Shown: piece after piece, positions 56,471 to 64,000 of the stretch
Position numbering within the stretch: position 1 is the stretch's first letter
Layout: each line of letters begins with the position of its first letter
NCBI GenBank assembly: GCA_038136715.1
Contig: JAYQAI010000003.1
Location: forward strand, 5,504 to 69,503
Length of the DNA: 64,000 nucleotides
Source: Gammaproteobacteria bacterium
Lineage (GTDB): Bacteria > Pseudomonadota > Gammaproteobacteria > Pseudomonadales > Azotimanducaceae
Reading direction: 5' to 3'
Translations under genes and position numbers: made by a program
Notes under the pieces: generated by a model
The model's input: the letters and a program-made list of their open reading frames with translations, nothing else
What the model was told of the DNA's origin: nothing
The model's database searches: none

Positions 56471-56878
56471 CTAGAAGTCCACGCGGCCTCTGAGCTTTTT
56501 CTGGTCACTCTGTTTCTTTTTGCTGTTGAGTCGTTTTCTGACCGATGCCCGGGTCGGTTTCGTCGGCCGGCGCTGCTTGCGCTTCTGCTGTGCTTTCTTA
56601 AGCAACGCATCAAGACGATCGAGGGCATCGGCCCGGTTCTTATCCTGGCTGCGAAAACGCTGCGCTTTGATCACGATGAGGCCATCAGCAGAGATGCGAG
56701 TGTCGGACAATGCAAGCAAAGCCTCCTTGATATCCGCAGGCAGACTGGATGCTTTGATATCAAAGCGCAGATGAATCGCGCTCGACACTTTATTGACATT
56801 CTGCCCACCCGGGCCACTGGCGCGGATCGCGGCAAACTCGATCTGTGACGCCGGAATGTCAGCGACGGTGACCATCAC
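56471..56878 (-). CDS. arfB: alternative ribosome-rescue factor ArfB (peptidyl-tRNA hydrolase, YaeJ family)
   Basis: GGQ motif 'GPGGQNVNKV', 'AIHLRFDI.AS', 'IVIKAQ..RSQ..NR', and a basic C-terminal tail. Collinear with E. coli ArfB. Confidence 0.9.
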   Translation of the reverse strand: MMVTVADIPASQIEFAAIRASGPGGQNVNKVSSAIHLRFDIKASSLPADIKEALLALSDTRISADGLIVIKAQRFRSQDKNRADALDRLDALLKKAQQKRKQRRPTKPTRASVRKRLNSKKKQSDQKKLRGRVDF

Positions 56879-57441
56879 GCCCTCGCCATGAACTTGGCAT
56901 TCGTCGTGTTGACCTTGATCATCTCACCTTGCTCAATGTATTCCGGCACCTGCACGATCAGCCCCGTGGACAAAGTCGCAGGCTTAGTACGGGCGTTGGC
57001 CGAGGCGCCTTTGATACCCGGTGCGGTCTCAACAATTTCCACCACAACCGACTGCGGCAGATCAATGGCAACCAGGGAGTCTTCAACCAGCAGCGCTGTA
57101 ATGCCATCAAGACCATCCGTGAGGTAGTCAAGCTGGCCCTCCATTGAGGCCGCATCGAGCATGTACTGAGAGTAATCATCTGTGTTCATAAAGACATACT
57201 GCTCACCATCCATGTAGGAAAACTGAACCTGGACCCGTTCGCAATCAGCCTCGGCAAGAAAGTCATCCCCTTTCAGAGATTCATCACGTTTCTGGCCGGT
57301 GACGAGATTGTCGAAACGGATCTTATAAAGCGTCGCGGCCCCCCGGGCCGAGGGACTTTTCGCTTCCAGCTGCTTCACCACGTGAGGTGTCCCGTCGATC
57401 TGCACGACATCGCCGCGCTTCAGTTCACTCGCTTTCGGCAT
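56875..57441 (-). CDS. efpL: elongation factor P-like protein (YeiP/EfpL)
   Basis: Collinear with E. coli YeiP: 'SP.ARGAATLYK.RF', 'FSY.DG..YVFM', 'IVETAPGIKGASA.AR.KPATLSTGL..QVPEY'. Start set to ATG 57441. Confidence 0.9.
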   Translation of the reverse strand: MPKASELKRGDVVQIDGTPHVVKQLEAKSPSARGAATLYKIRFDNLVTGQKRDESLKGDDFLAEADCERVQVQFSYMDGEQYVFMNTDDYSQYMLDAASMEGQLDYLTDGLDGITALLVEDSLVAIDLPQSVVVEIVETAPGIKGASANARTKPATLSTGLIVQVPEYIEQGEMIKVNTTNAKFMARA

Positions 57442-57506
57442 GAAATTACCTGAATCCAAAAGGCCTATTGTACAATCCTTCACACCCGAATTATCCGTTC
57501 TTGTCA

Positions 57507-58871
57507 ATGCAGTTTCCCCACACAGTGACTATTGACCATTCGCTGACTGTCGAGGTCCACCTGCACGAATTCTTCCTCGGAGACCGGACCCGCTTGTGCT
57601 GGACCTACCTGACGAAAGGCATGGCCACACACGGACAGAAAGAGATGGCGCTGTCACTGCTGGTCGATGATGAAGCAGAACCGGCAGCACTGCCGAAGAC
57701 GCCTCTGAAGATGTTCAAGCTGCTGCATGAACGGACCGCCGGTGATCGCCAGGTCAATCTTGGAGACTCCACCCGGCTTGGCCAGACCGGCATCTTCGGC
57801 TTTCCATGTCTGTTCTATGTTCCGGCGATACAGTTCGAAGGACTGCCCCGCCTCGACGATTACCTGGGTCTGGTACTGGTGCACGAGCTCGAGTTTGACT
57901 ACGCCCGCCAGTACGGGCTGACACGACTACTGTCACGCCTCGGCAAGTTTTGTTCGTCATTTCCCTATCCGACCTGGAATACCCCGGCGCGACCCAGTCT
58001 GTTTAACGCTGGTACCCGCGAAATCAGTCTGCTGACTGACGCCGGCCACATCTCGCTGGACCAGAGCACCGTCGAGCAGGCCCATGATGAGCTGCTGCTG
58101 CACCTGGCAAAAACTGATCTGCCTCGCTTCAAGCAGGCACTCGACACGCTTGGACCCGACCAGCTGGCAATATTCCACACCGCCTTTTCCCGGGCCTGTG
58201 ACACCAGCCTTTACTGGCAGGAGGATCAGCAGCAGCCGGGCGCTTATGCGGCACCCGATGCCAGCGGCGACATCATTGGTGGCAGCTTCATTTCAATCAG
58301 CCGGCAGGCAGTCGGCGCCTTTGCGATTACCGAGGACGGTTACTCCGCCAGTTTCGATCATGATCAGTTCCAGCGCCTGAACGAAGCTCTCATTCAGGGC
58401 GCAGACATCAGGCTTGAACTGAACAGCAGCCAGCCTTTCTGCCTGCAGATAGAAACCGGGAGCAGCCGGTTACCGCCAGCACGGCCATACCAACCTGTCG
58501 CTGCCTGGCGCAGCATCAAGACAGCACCGGAACCGCACGCTGAACGACCCCGGGTCATGATGCACGAGTTTATCAACCTGTCCGGCACCAACAGCCTGGC
58601 ACAACGGGTCAATCGAGAAGAGCTCCTCGCCTGGTTCGAGCGGATACAAGTCGCCCTGGAGACAGCCCTGTCAGAAGAAGACGAGCATTTCGATTTCGAG
58701 CTTGAACTCGCGCTTTATCCGCATCAGCTGCTGGTTAAGGTCATCGCCGGCAGTGACCTGAACCCGGAATTTATCGATTTTACCCGCAGCCTGGTGGAGC
58801 AAATTGAGACCTGTTCAGTGACGTCGCAGATCCGCGTCCGCCTGCCGTTTTCTATCAACCCCGAGGAATAA
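57507..58871 (+). CDS. hypothetical protein with possible N-terminal SUFU-like domain
   Basis: 454-aa ORF from ATG 57507. The N-terminal ~170 aa ('RLCWTYLTKGMATHGQKEMALSLLVDD', 'LGDSTRL...GFPCLFYVP', 'LVLVHELEFDYA') recall the bacterial Suppressor-of-fused-like family. The remainder matches nothing I recognise. The coding call is confident; the function is not. Confidence 0.55.
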   Translation: MQFPHTVTIDHSLTVEVHLHEFFLGDRTRLCWTYLTKGMATHGQKEMALSLLVDDEAEPAALPKTPLKMFKLLHERTAGDRQVNLGDSTRLGQTGIFGFPCLFYVPAIQFEGLPRLDDYLGLVLVHELEFDYARQYGLTRLLSRLGKFCSSFPYPTWNTPARPSLFNAGTREISLLTDAGHISLDQSTVEQAHDELLLHLAKTDLPRFKQALDTLGPDQLAIFHTAFSRACDTSLYWQEDQQQPGAYAAPDASGDIIGGSFISISRQAVGAFAITEDGYSASFDHDQFQRLNEALIQGADIRLELNSSQPFCLQIETGSSRLPPARPYQPVAAWRSIKTAPEPHAERPRVMMHEFINLSGTNSLAQRVNREELLAWFERIQVALETALSEEDEHFDFELELALYPHQLLVKVIAGSDLNPEFIDFTRSLVEQIETCSVTSQIRVRLPFSINPEE

Positions 58872-58874
58872 ACC

Positions 58875-59552
58875 ATGCAACCTGGCGAGAGTACTGCAAC
58901 CCTGGTCAACGACGTCGCGGCTACAGGCGCTGAGCACATCGTCCTGCTGATGCGTCACTCAGCACGGGAGTACGAACCAGGCCGACACGATCTGTTGAAC
59001 CCCCTGACTGACGAAGGTCGCGATCTGGCCCACGCACTCGGCGAGCAACTGCCGAAATCACACCTGATCCGCGGCTATACCAGTCCTGCCGAGCGCTGCG
59101 TGGAGACTGCCGCGCTCATCATGGCCGCGCACAAGGCCGGTGGCGGCGAAACCAGCCGGAATCGCATCGTCGAGGGCCTGGGCGTCTTCTACGTGCTCGA
59201 CCAGATGAAGATGTTCATGGGCATGCAGGCAGCAGGCGGCCTCGTACCCTTTCAGCGGCGCTGGTTTGCCGGAGAGATCGCCGCTGACATCCTCATGCCC
59301 GCCGAGACCGCGGCGAGCCTGCTCGGTCGCTTAATCGAGACCAAGCTGACTGAAACGCCAGAGGCTCCCCAGCTCGATCTTCTGGTCTCCCACGATTTCA
59401 CGCTGTACCTGATCAAGCACCTGTTGCTCGGCCAGGCGGCCGACCGCTATCCCGATGTGATCTATCTTGACGGCATCGCGTTTTTCCAACGCGACGGCAA
59501 GACCTGGATCCAGAGCCATCACGAGCCGGCTATCGAACTGCGGCTGTCTTAA
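58875..59552 (+). CDS. histidine phosphatase (phosphoglycerate-mutase-like) family protein
   Basis: 'IVLLMRHSAREY' (RHG-type catalytic motif variant), 'LTDEGR', 'YTSPAERCVETA', 'SHD'. The ATG lies 3 nt after the upstream stop. Confidence 0.75.
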   Translation: MQPGESTATLVNDVAATGAEHIVLLMRHSAREYEPGRHDLLNPLTDEGRDLAHALGEQLPKSHLIRGYTSPAERCVETAALIMAAHKAGGGETSRNRIVEGLGVFYVLDQMKMFMGMQAAGGLVPFQRRWFAGEIAADILMPAETAASLLGRLIETKLTETPEAPQLDLLVSHDFTLYLIKHLLLGQAADRYPDVIYLDGIAFFQRDGKTWIQSHHEPAIELRLS

Positions 59553-59553
59553 G

Positions 59554-60465
59554 TCATCCCGAGTCGCCAGCGGCAGCCAGTACGGCGGCTGCATCTCGAA
59601 TGCTGGCCAGCGCTTCTTTACGCATGTGAGCCTCCCGTACTGGCGGCAGCCTCCACTCCCCCATGTACTGCTGGGCAGCTGCTGCGACATAGACCTGCCA
59701 AAGCGCAAGACGAAACTCATCGACGGCTCGATGGCGGGCGTAAGCGGCGGCGAAACTTGCCATGACGTCTGCCCCGAACAGGTAACGCAACTCGACGCAG
59801 GCGCCCGCCAGGTCTGCCATGGGGTCACCGATGGCGGCGTCCTCCCAGTCAAGCACAGCAACAATGTCACCATCGCGCCATAGCAGGTTCTCTGGCCAGA
59901 AATCGCCGTGCAGCAGAACTTGTTCTCCGTGCCAGGCCGTCTCAGGCAAAGCTTCGAGGGTATCTGTCAGGGGCTGCCATTCCTCACCAGGCGGAAGGAA
60001 CTCAAAGACTTCGGGCCGAGGATCGATTCTGACAGGCAGGGCAGGCAGGGTATCTATGGCCAGGGCATGGATGCCGGCCAGTTCCGTCGCCATGCGCTCG
60101 ATATAAACCGCGCTATCATCCGGTGGGATTTCACTTTTACCCTCGATGTACTCGATAACGAGGTATGGATCTGGCAGACAGCCACCGCCAGTGCCAAATC
60201 CGAGAGGTGTCGGTACTTTCAAGCCGGCATCACGCAATGCACCCAGCAACTCATGTTCGAGCGCCGCATCATGACCGCTGTGGGTTGCGCCATGGACTCT
60301 GAGCACGCATCTGGCAGGACCAGCTTTCGGCGCCAGGAGATCAAGACAGAAAACATCCGCCGAGACGCCTCCGGTGAGACGCTGAATGCCGGTAAGCCGG
60401 CCACCCGGAAAGTGATGTGCAATCAGCGCGTCAAACTCAGCCCGCCGACCATCATCTTCAGACAA
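59554..60465 (-). CDS. aminoglycoside-phosphotransferase (APH)-fold kinase
   Basis: Catalytic loop 'LLHGDFWPENLLW' and 'VLDWEDA' metal-binding Asp. 8-nt overlap with the upstream gene. Confidence 0.8.
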   Translation of the reverse strand: MSEDDGRRAEFDALIAHHFPGGRLTGIQRLTGGVSADVFCLDLLAPKAGPARCVLRVHGATHSGHDAALEHELLGALRDAGLKVPTPLGFGTGGGCLPDPYLVIEYIEGKSEIPPDDSAVYIERMATELAGIHALAIDTLPALPVRIDPRPEVFEFLPPGEEWQPLTDTLEALPETAWHGEQVLLHGDFWPENLLWRDGDIVAVLDWEDAAIGDPMADLAGACVELRYLFGADVMASFAAAYARHRAVDEFRLALWQVYVAAAAQQYMGEWRLPPVREAHMRKEALASIRDAAAVLAAAGDSG

Positions 60466-61399
60466 GCGGCTTCATCCGGCGATCTAACCATTCGATGAGA
60501 ATGCTGTTGGTTTCGGTCGGTTTTTCCTGCTGAATCCAGTGCCCGCATTCGAGTCTGTGAGTTTCAAGATCAGGCACATAGGCACTGATGTCGAGTTCCG
60601 GCACGATGTCGTATTTACCGTGAATCATCAGCGCAGGCAGCTTCACTTTCTGTTCGACATCAGCAGTGATTTCCCAGTTGCGGGTAAAATTACGATACCA
60701 GTTGCAGGGTGCATGGAAGCCACTGTGCTCAAAAGCTTCGACAAACACATCCAGTTCAGCCTCTGACATCATGAGCTCACCGCGCGGGTTCTCCTGTTCG
60801 GCGTAGTCAACAATTGAGAGGCCGGAGGGCTCGTTCACCTCGGTTTCGAGCCATTGTTTCGTGCGATACATGTTGCTCAGGAAACGCCGGACATTCCGGC
60901 CGAAGGCGGCAGCAGCGACACCGGGCTGACGATTGAAATGCACAATATAGAAGTCAGGGCCGAGCATTTCTTCCCAGAACCCCACCGGTTCTTGTTCCTG
61001 CCTGGCCATGAAAGGCACAGACAGGTTAGCCACGCCGTAAATGCGCTCAGGGTTCAGCAGCGCATGATGCCAGACCAATATAGCGCCCCAGTCGTGGCCG
61101 ATAAACACAGCCTTATCAATGCCCAGCTTATCTAGCAGGCGGTTATAGTCACCAGTGAGCGCGCGGCAGTCGTAGGCGTCGACGTCGGCTGGCTGACTGG
61201 ATCGACCATAGCCTCGCTGGTTCGGCACGATGACATGGTAACCCGCGGCCACCAGTGCCGGCACCTGGAAACGCCAGCTGAAGGCGTGTTCCGGCCAGCC
61301 ATGAGCCAGCACGACGGGCATACCGCCCTGCCCGGCCTGGAAAACTTCAAGCTCTATCTCGCCGAGATCGATCATCTCGGCATCAGGAAAATTCATCAT
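60458..61399 (-). CDS. alpha/beta-fold epoxide-hydrolase-like enzyme
   Basis: 'LAHGWPEHAFSWR' (HGWP oxyanion motif), nucleophile 'GHDWGA', C-terminal 'CGHW'. Confidence 0.85.
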   Translation of the reverse strand: MMNFPDAEMIDLGEIELEVFQAGQGGMPVVLAHGWPEHAFSWRFQVPALVAAGYHVIVPNQRGYGRSSQPADVDAYDCRALTGDYNRLLDKLGIDKAVFIGHDWGAILVWHHALLNPERIYGVANLSVPFMARQEQEPVGFWEEMLGPDFYIVHFNRQPGVAAAAFGRNVRRFLSNMYRTKQWLETEVNEPSGLSIVDYAEQENPRGELMMSEAELDVFVEAFEHSGFHAPCNWYRNFTRNWEITADVEQKVKLPALMIHGKYDIVPELDISAYVPDLETHRLECGHWIQQEKPTETNSILIEWLDRRMKPLV

Positions 61400-61803
61400 G
61401 TGGCTTCCTTCTTTTGCTTTTGCTCTTGCTCTTGCAACCAGCTGTAGGCCGCTTCGACATTATTAAACAGGCGAATCCTGACATTCTTGCCGATCAGACG
61501 AAGGACCGTCAGGTAGATACGCAGCAACTGAAAGTCGGTCTTGCGATTCGTCACCAGCGCTGCACTGGTTTTGCCTCTTTGCGCCATGAACCGACCCAGC
61601 TGGCCCGGCAGGCTTTGAACATCCTTCAGCGGGATGTTTCTTAACTGCAGGTAGGTCAGGTCCCAGACCGCACTCATGCCCTGCCTGAACCGCTTATCGG
61701 CAAGCGCCCGCTCATAGCTTTCTACCAGCTCAGGCACTGTGACAATGCCCTTCAGTTTCAGCAGCATGACATCACGATTCTGATCAAATTCAGTCTCTAT
61801 CAC
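61396..61803 (-). CDS. small hypothetical protein, possibly STAS/SpoIIAA-like fold
   Basis: 135 aa, with a GTG 61803 or ATG 61767 start. The alternating pattern and the C-terminal 'LFNNVEAAYSWL' recall SpoIIAA-like/STAS proteins. Weak, by-eye assignment only. ATGA overlap with the downstream hydrolase gene. Confidence 0.5.
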   Translation of the reverse strand: MIETEFDQNRDVMLLKLKGIVTVPELVESYERALADKRFRQGMSAVWDLTYLQLRNIPLKDVQSLPGQLGRFMAQRGKTSAALVTNRKTDFQLLRIYLTVLRLIGKNVRIRLFNNVEAAYSWLQEQEQKQKKEAT

Positions 61804-61842
61804 GTTCGTGTAAAATGCGGGCTGATATTGAGGAGTGACATC

Positions 61843-62133
61843 ATGGCGATCGGTATACTAGCAAAACTAAAGATACAAAAAGATAAGGTCGAAGAGTTTG
61901 AGGCAGCATTCACTGAGCTGATGGCAGTGGTTCGAGAACACGAACCCGGCAATGTCTACTACACGCTGAATCGCTCCCGTGAAGAGGTCGGTACTTACTA
62001 CGTGATGGAGCAGTATATTGACCAGGCCGCAGTCGATGCCCACGGCAAATCAGAAGCCTTTAAAGCGGTGAATGCACGGCTCGGGCCGCTCGTTGCTGCA
62101 CCACCTGAGATCGAGTTACTCGATTCAGTCTGA
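61843..62133 (+). CDS. antibiotic-biosynthesis-monooxygenase (ABM) family protein
   Basis: 96 aa from ATG 61843 (GAGGAG Shine-Dalgarno). 'Y.L.R.........V.E.Y.D..A...H..S..F'. Confidence 0.75.
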   Translation: MAIGILAKLKIQKDKVEEFEAAFTELMAVVREHEPGNVYYTLNRSREEVGTYYVMEQYIDQAAVDAHGKSEAFKAVNARLGPLVAAPPEIELLDSV

Positions 62134-63156
62134 GCCTGAAATCGCCTGAAACAGGTAAGGCAGCGAAATATCCATCCGGTAATCGATGGTGGAATGATTA
62201 TCGGGGAATTCCTCGAAACGGTGGTCGATGCCAATGAGTTGCAGTTTGCGGGTGAACTGCCGGGCTCCATACACCAGGTTGTACTGATCCCTGTCTCCGC
62301 AGTCGATGAAGAGCCCCTTCAGAGACCTGAGGTTGTGCTGGGCCTCCGGAAAATCAATCATGCGCACCGGATCCCAGGCCAGCCATTGCTCCCAGCGTTC
62401 GTCGATCAGCTCGCAGGTGTCGAGTGTAACCGGCAGTCGAATCCCATAGGGCTGATCAGGGTCAGGATCGTAGCTCGCCGCCATCGCCAGCATCATCAGG
62501 TGATGAAAGTCGCCGCCGTTGACCTTCCTGCCGTCGTGAATCTTGCTCACGAAGGCCTCGATATTGTTGCCATAACCCGCCAGGGTTCGCACAGTCGACG
62601 CAAAGTCACCGCGATAGCAGAGATCAAAGTCCATATCACCGGAATGGCAGGCCACCGCCGCCCAGGTATCGGCATGTTTCATACCGTGGACAATGGCCCC
62701 ATAACCGCCCGATGACTTACCAAACAGGGCACGGTGATCACGACCAGGTCGAATGCGGAACTGGTCTTCAAGCGCCGCAATCATGTCGTCACAAAGAAAC
62801 GTCTCCCAATCACCGAGTGCCGCTGAATTGATGTACTGGTTGCCACCTAAGGAGGTAAAGCAGTCCGGGAAGGCAATAATGACAGGCCCCATCCTGCCCT
62901 CTGCAATCAGCCGGTCAACCTGCTGCGGCACATTCTCCTGAAACGCTTTCCAGCCGACGTGGGCAAAACCGCTGCCAGTGAAGCCAACGATGTCTACCAT
63001 CAGGGGATATTGTTCATCAGAACTGTCGTAGCCTTCGGGCAGATAGACCGCAACACTTCGCACCATTGGGTCGCCGACCAGATTTGCCAGCGCCTCAGAT
63101 GCAACTTGAATGACTTCAATCCTGCCTTTCGGGCGGGTAAAGGGGTGCTGTGGCAT
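62125..63156 (-). CDS. esterase-family alpha/beta hydrolase (enterochelin-esterase / esterase-D-like)
   Basis: 'YPLMVDIVGFTGSG', nucleophile 'GKSSGGYGA', C-terminal 'F.DNHS'. GGAGGAG Shine-Dalgarno. The 3' end overlaps the convergent ABM gene by 9 nt. Confidence 0.8.
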   Translation of the reverse strand: MPQHPFTRPKGRIEVIQVASEALANLVGDPMVRSVAVYLPEGYDSSDEQYPLMVDIVGFTGSGFAHVGWKAFQENVPQQVDRLIAEGRMGPVIIAFPDCFTSLGGNQYINSAALGDWETFLCDDMIAALEDQFRIRPGRDHRALFGKSSGGYGAIVHGMKHADTWAAVACHSGDMDFDLCYRGDFASTVRTLAGYGNNIEAFVSKIHDGRKVNGGDFHHLMMLAMAASYDPDPDQPYGIRLPVTLDTCELIDERWEQWLAWDPVRMIDFPEAQHNLRSLKGLFIDCGDRDQYNLVYGARQFTRKLQLIGIDHRFEEFPDNHSTIDYRMDISLPYLFQAISGSD

Positions 63157-63191
63157 GGCTGCTCCTCCAGGTTAAGCGGGAGCATCATAAG

Positions 63192-63224
63192 AAAAAGGTG
63201 GACAGACGCCAACCGGGTCTGTCC
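63192..63224 (-). terminator. rho-independent terminator after the small membrane-protein gene
   Basis: On the minus strand: GGACAGAC, ccggttggc, GTCTGTCC (63224..63200), followed by ACCTTTTTCTT (plus-strand A-run at 63192-63196). Confidence 0.55.
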
Positions 63225-63280
63225 CCCACCCGGAACTGGCTCGCGGCGCCGTTTTGTAGAGGTGTTCTCTGGCTCTGTTG

Positions 63281-63604
63281 TCAGGCCATGAGTCGGCGCA
63301 GGCCGGTAATGAGTTTCTGGGCGCCGACAACGACGGACTGCACTGCCATCAGACCAGCGACCTTGATCCGCGCCAGTGTGTCCACGGCATCGAGACGCTG
63401 CATGCGCAGCTGCCATTCACGCAGCTGCGGACTGTTCTCGGCATATTCGCGCACCCGGTTGGATCCCCTACTCAGCATATAAACCGCACCACCGAGAAAC
63501 AGGATGCCCGGCAGGATCGGGATCAGCAGGCCGACGATACCCAGGGCCAGGAAAATAATGCCCAGGGTCAGGTAGAGGAGTTTTTCAGGACCTTTTGCTG
63601 TCAT
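63281..63604 (-). CDS. small inner-membrane protein, DUF454 (YbaN)-like
   Basis: 107 aa. 'LGIVGLLIPILPGILFLGGAVYMLSRGSNRV' parallels the YbaN pattern 'LG.LGVVLPVLPTTPF.LLAA.CFARSSPRF'. Weak assignment. Confidence 0.55.
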   Translation of the reverse strand: MTAKGPEKLLYLTLGIIFLALGIVGLLIPILPGILFLGGAVYMLSRGSNRVREYAENSPQLREWQLRMQRLDAVDTLARIKVAGLMAVQSVVVGAQKLITGLRRLMA

Positions 63605-63649
63605 GGTGGTTTCGCTTATCGATCTCGGTTGAACGTTTGCCCAAGTAAA

Positions 63650-63665
63650 TGCGATTACCGTGCCA
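63650..63665 (-). promoter_or_regulatory. sigma54-type -24/-12 promoter element
   Basis: The minus strand reads TGGCACGgtaaTCGCA against the consensus TGGCACG-N4-TTGCW. The GG/GC spacing is correct and there is one mismatch. It is intergenic, about 45 nt upstream of ATG 63604. Confidence 0.45.
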
Positions 63666-63726
63666 GCTTCACAAAAAATCTATGTCGTTGTTTTTATTGA
63701 AAAATCAGACTTCCTGAAATATTGGA

Positions 63727-63763
63727 GGCACAACAGACCACCGCAATAGTCGCCTGTTGTGCC
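63727..63763 (-). terminator. 10-bp perfect inverted repeat downstream of the 3-hydroxyacyl-CoA dehydrogenase gene (terminator hairpin or activator site)
   Basis: GGCACAACAG (63727-36), 17 nt, CTGTTGTGCC (63754-63). It lies 23 nt after the stop at 63786. It is followed on the minus strand by TCCAATATTTC, a weak U-tract. Confidence 0.4.
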
Positions 63764-63785
63764 AACAGTTAGCGGATTTTGCCGA

Positions 63786-64000
63786 TCAGCTGTCGAGACT
63801 GGCGAAATTCTTGCCCTCGGCCACCAGCTTCCTCAGCAAATCGGCCGGCTGCCAGACATCATCCCCGGTTTCTTCATAGAACCGCTCAATGTCAGCCAGG
63901 ACATTTTCCAGTCCCTGGGTATCAGCAAACCACATGGGTCCGCCAACATAGGTGGGGAACCCATAGCCATTCACATAAACGGTATCAATATCACCGGCCC
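63786..64000 (-). CDS. 3-hydroxyacyl-CoA dehydrogenase / multifunctional fatty-acid-oxidation protein, C-terminal fragment (5' part lies beyond the window)
   Basis: The reading frame is open to the window edge. 'NGYGFPTYVGGPMWFADTQGL..VL..IE.F' is the typical C-terminal domain of long FadN/FadB-type enzymes. Confidence 0.8.
   Translation of the reverse strand, partial: AGDIDTVYVNGYGFPTYVGGPMWFADTQGLENVLADIERFYEETGDDVWQPADLLRKLVAEGKNFASLDS

Noticed and set aside
1-64000. Window-wide look for tRNA, rRNA, CRISPR arrays, IS elements, integrases, prophage genes, toxin-antitoxin pairs and known defence-system architectures.
   Set aside because: None was recognised by eye. Intergenic gaps are too short (216 bp or less) to hide such elements. 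A tRNA, ncRNA or covariance-model scan would be needed to exclude small RNAs formally.

Overview
This is a densely packed chromosomal segment of about 60 protein-coding genes. The largest non-coding gap is about 216 bp (11113-11328). Gene content points to a moderately GC-rich Gammaproteobacterium: recC-recB-recD, htpX, pgi, a class-I DAHP synthase, efpL/yeiP and arfB. The many lipid and xenobiotic enzymes suggest a marine oligotroph. This taxon is a guess from gene content; I could run no search.

I recognised no rRNA, tRNA, CRISPR array, transposase, integrase, phage gene or classical defence system. Most of the window is housekeeping genes plus catabolic enzymes: a Baeyer-Villiger monooxygenase (BVMO), luciferase-like monooxygenases (LLM), short-chain dehydrogenases (SDR), crotonases, alpha/beta hydrolases, amidohydrolases and MFS transporters.

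I did not find a clear-cut novel system. The candidates most worth follow-up are:
1. A LOG-family gene with no canonical start codon. It sits in frame directly behind the stop codon of a stand-alone clpP paralogue, and that gene has a near-consensus sigma32-type promoter.
2. An alpha-hydroxy-acid oxidase / ECF sigma / short zinc-type (ZAS) anti-sigma operon. It is convergent with a DedA-disulfide-reductase fusion gene. A 4 x 12-nt tandem repeat lies at the oxidase/sigma junction.
3. A perfect 14-bp inverted repeat in the divergent MFS/sulfatase control region.
4. A signal-peptide-bearing SurE nucleotidase with a roughly 150-residue proline-rich tail.
5. A four-gene operon: ABM monooxygenase, amidohydrolase, sphingosine-1-phosphate-lyase-like PLP enzyme, acyl-CoA synthetase.
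6. An overlapping efpL-arfB pair of translation-rescue genes.
7. A near-consensus sigma54 -24/-12 element, with an upstream 10-bp inverted repeat, in front of a small membrane protein gene.

All family assignments rest on motifs read by eye. None was verified by a database search.
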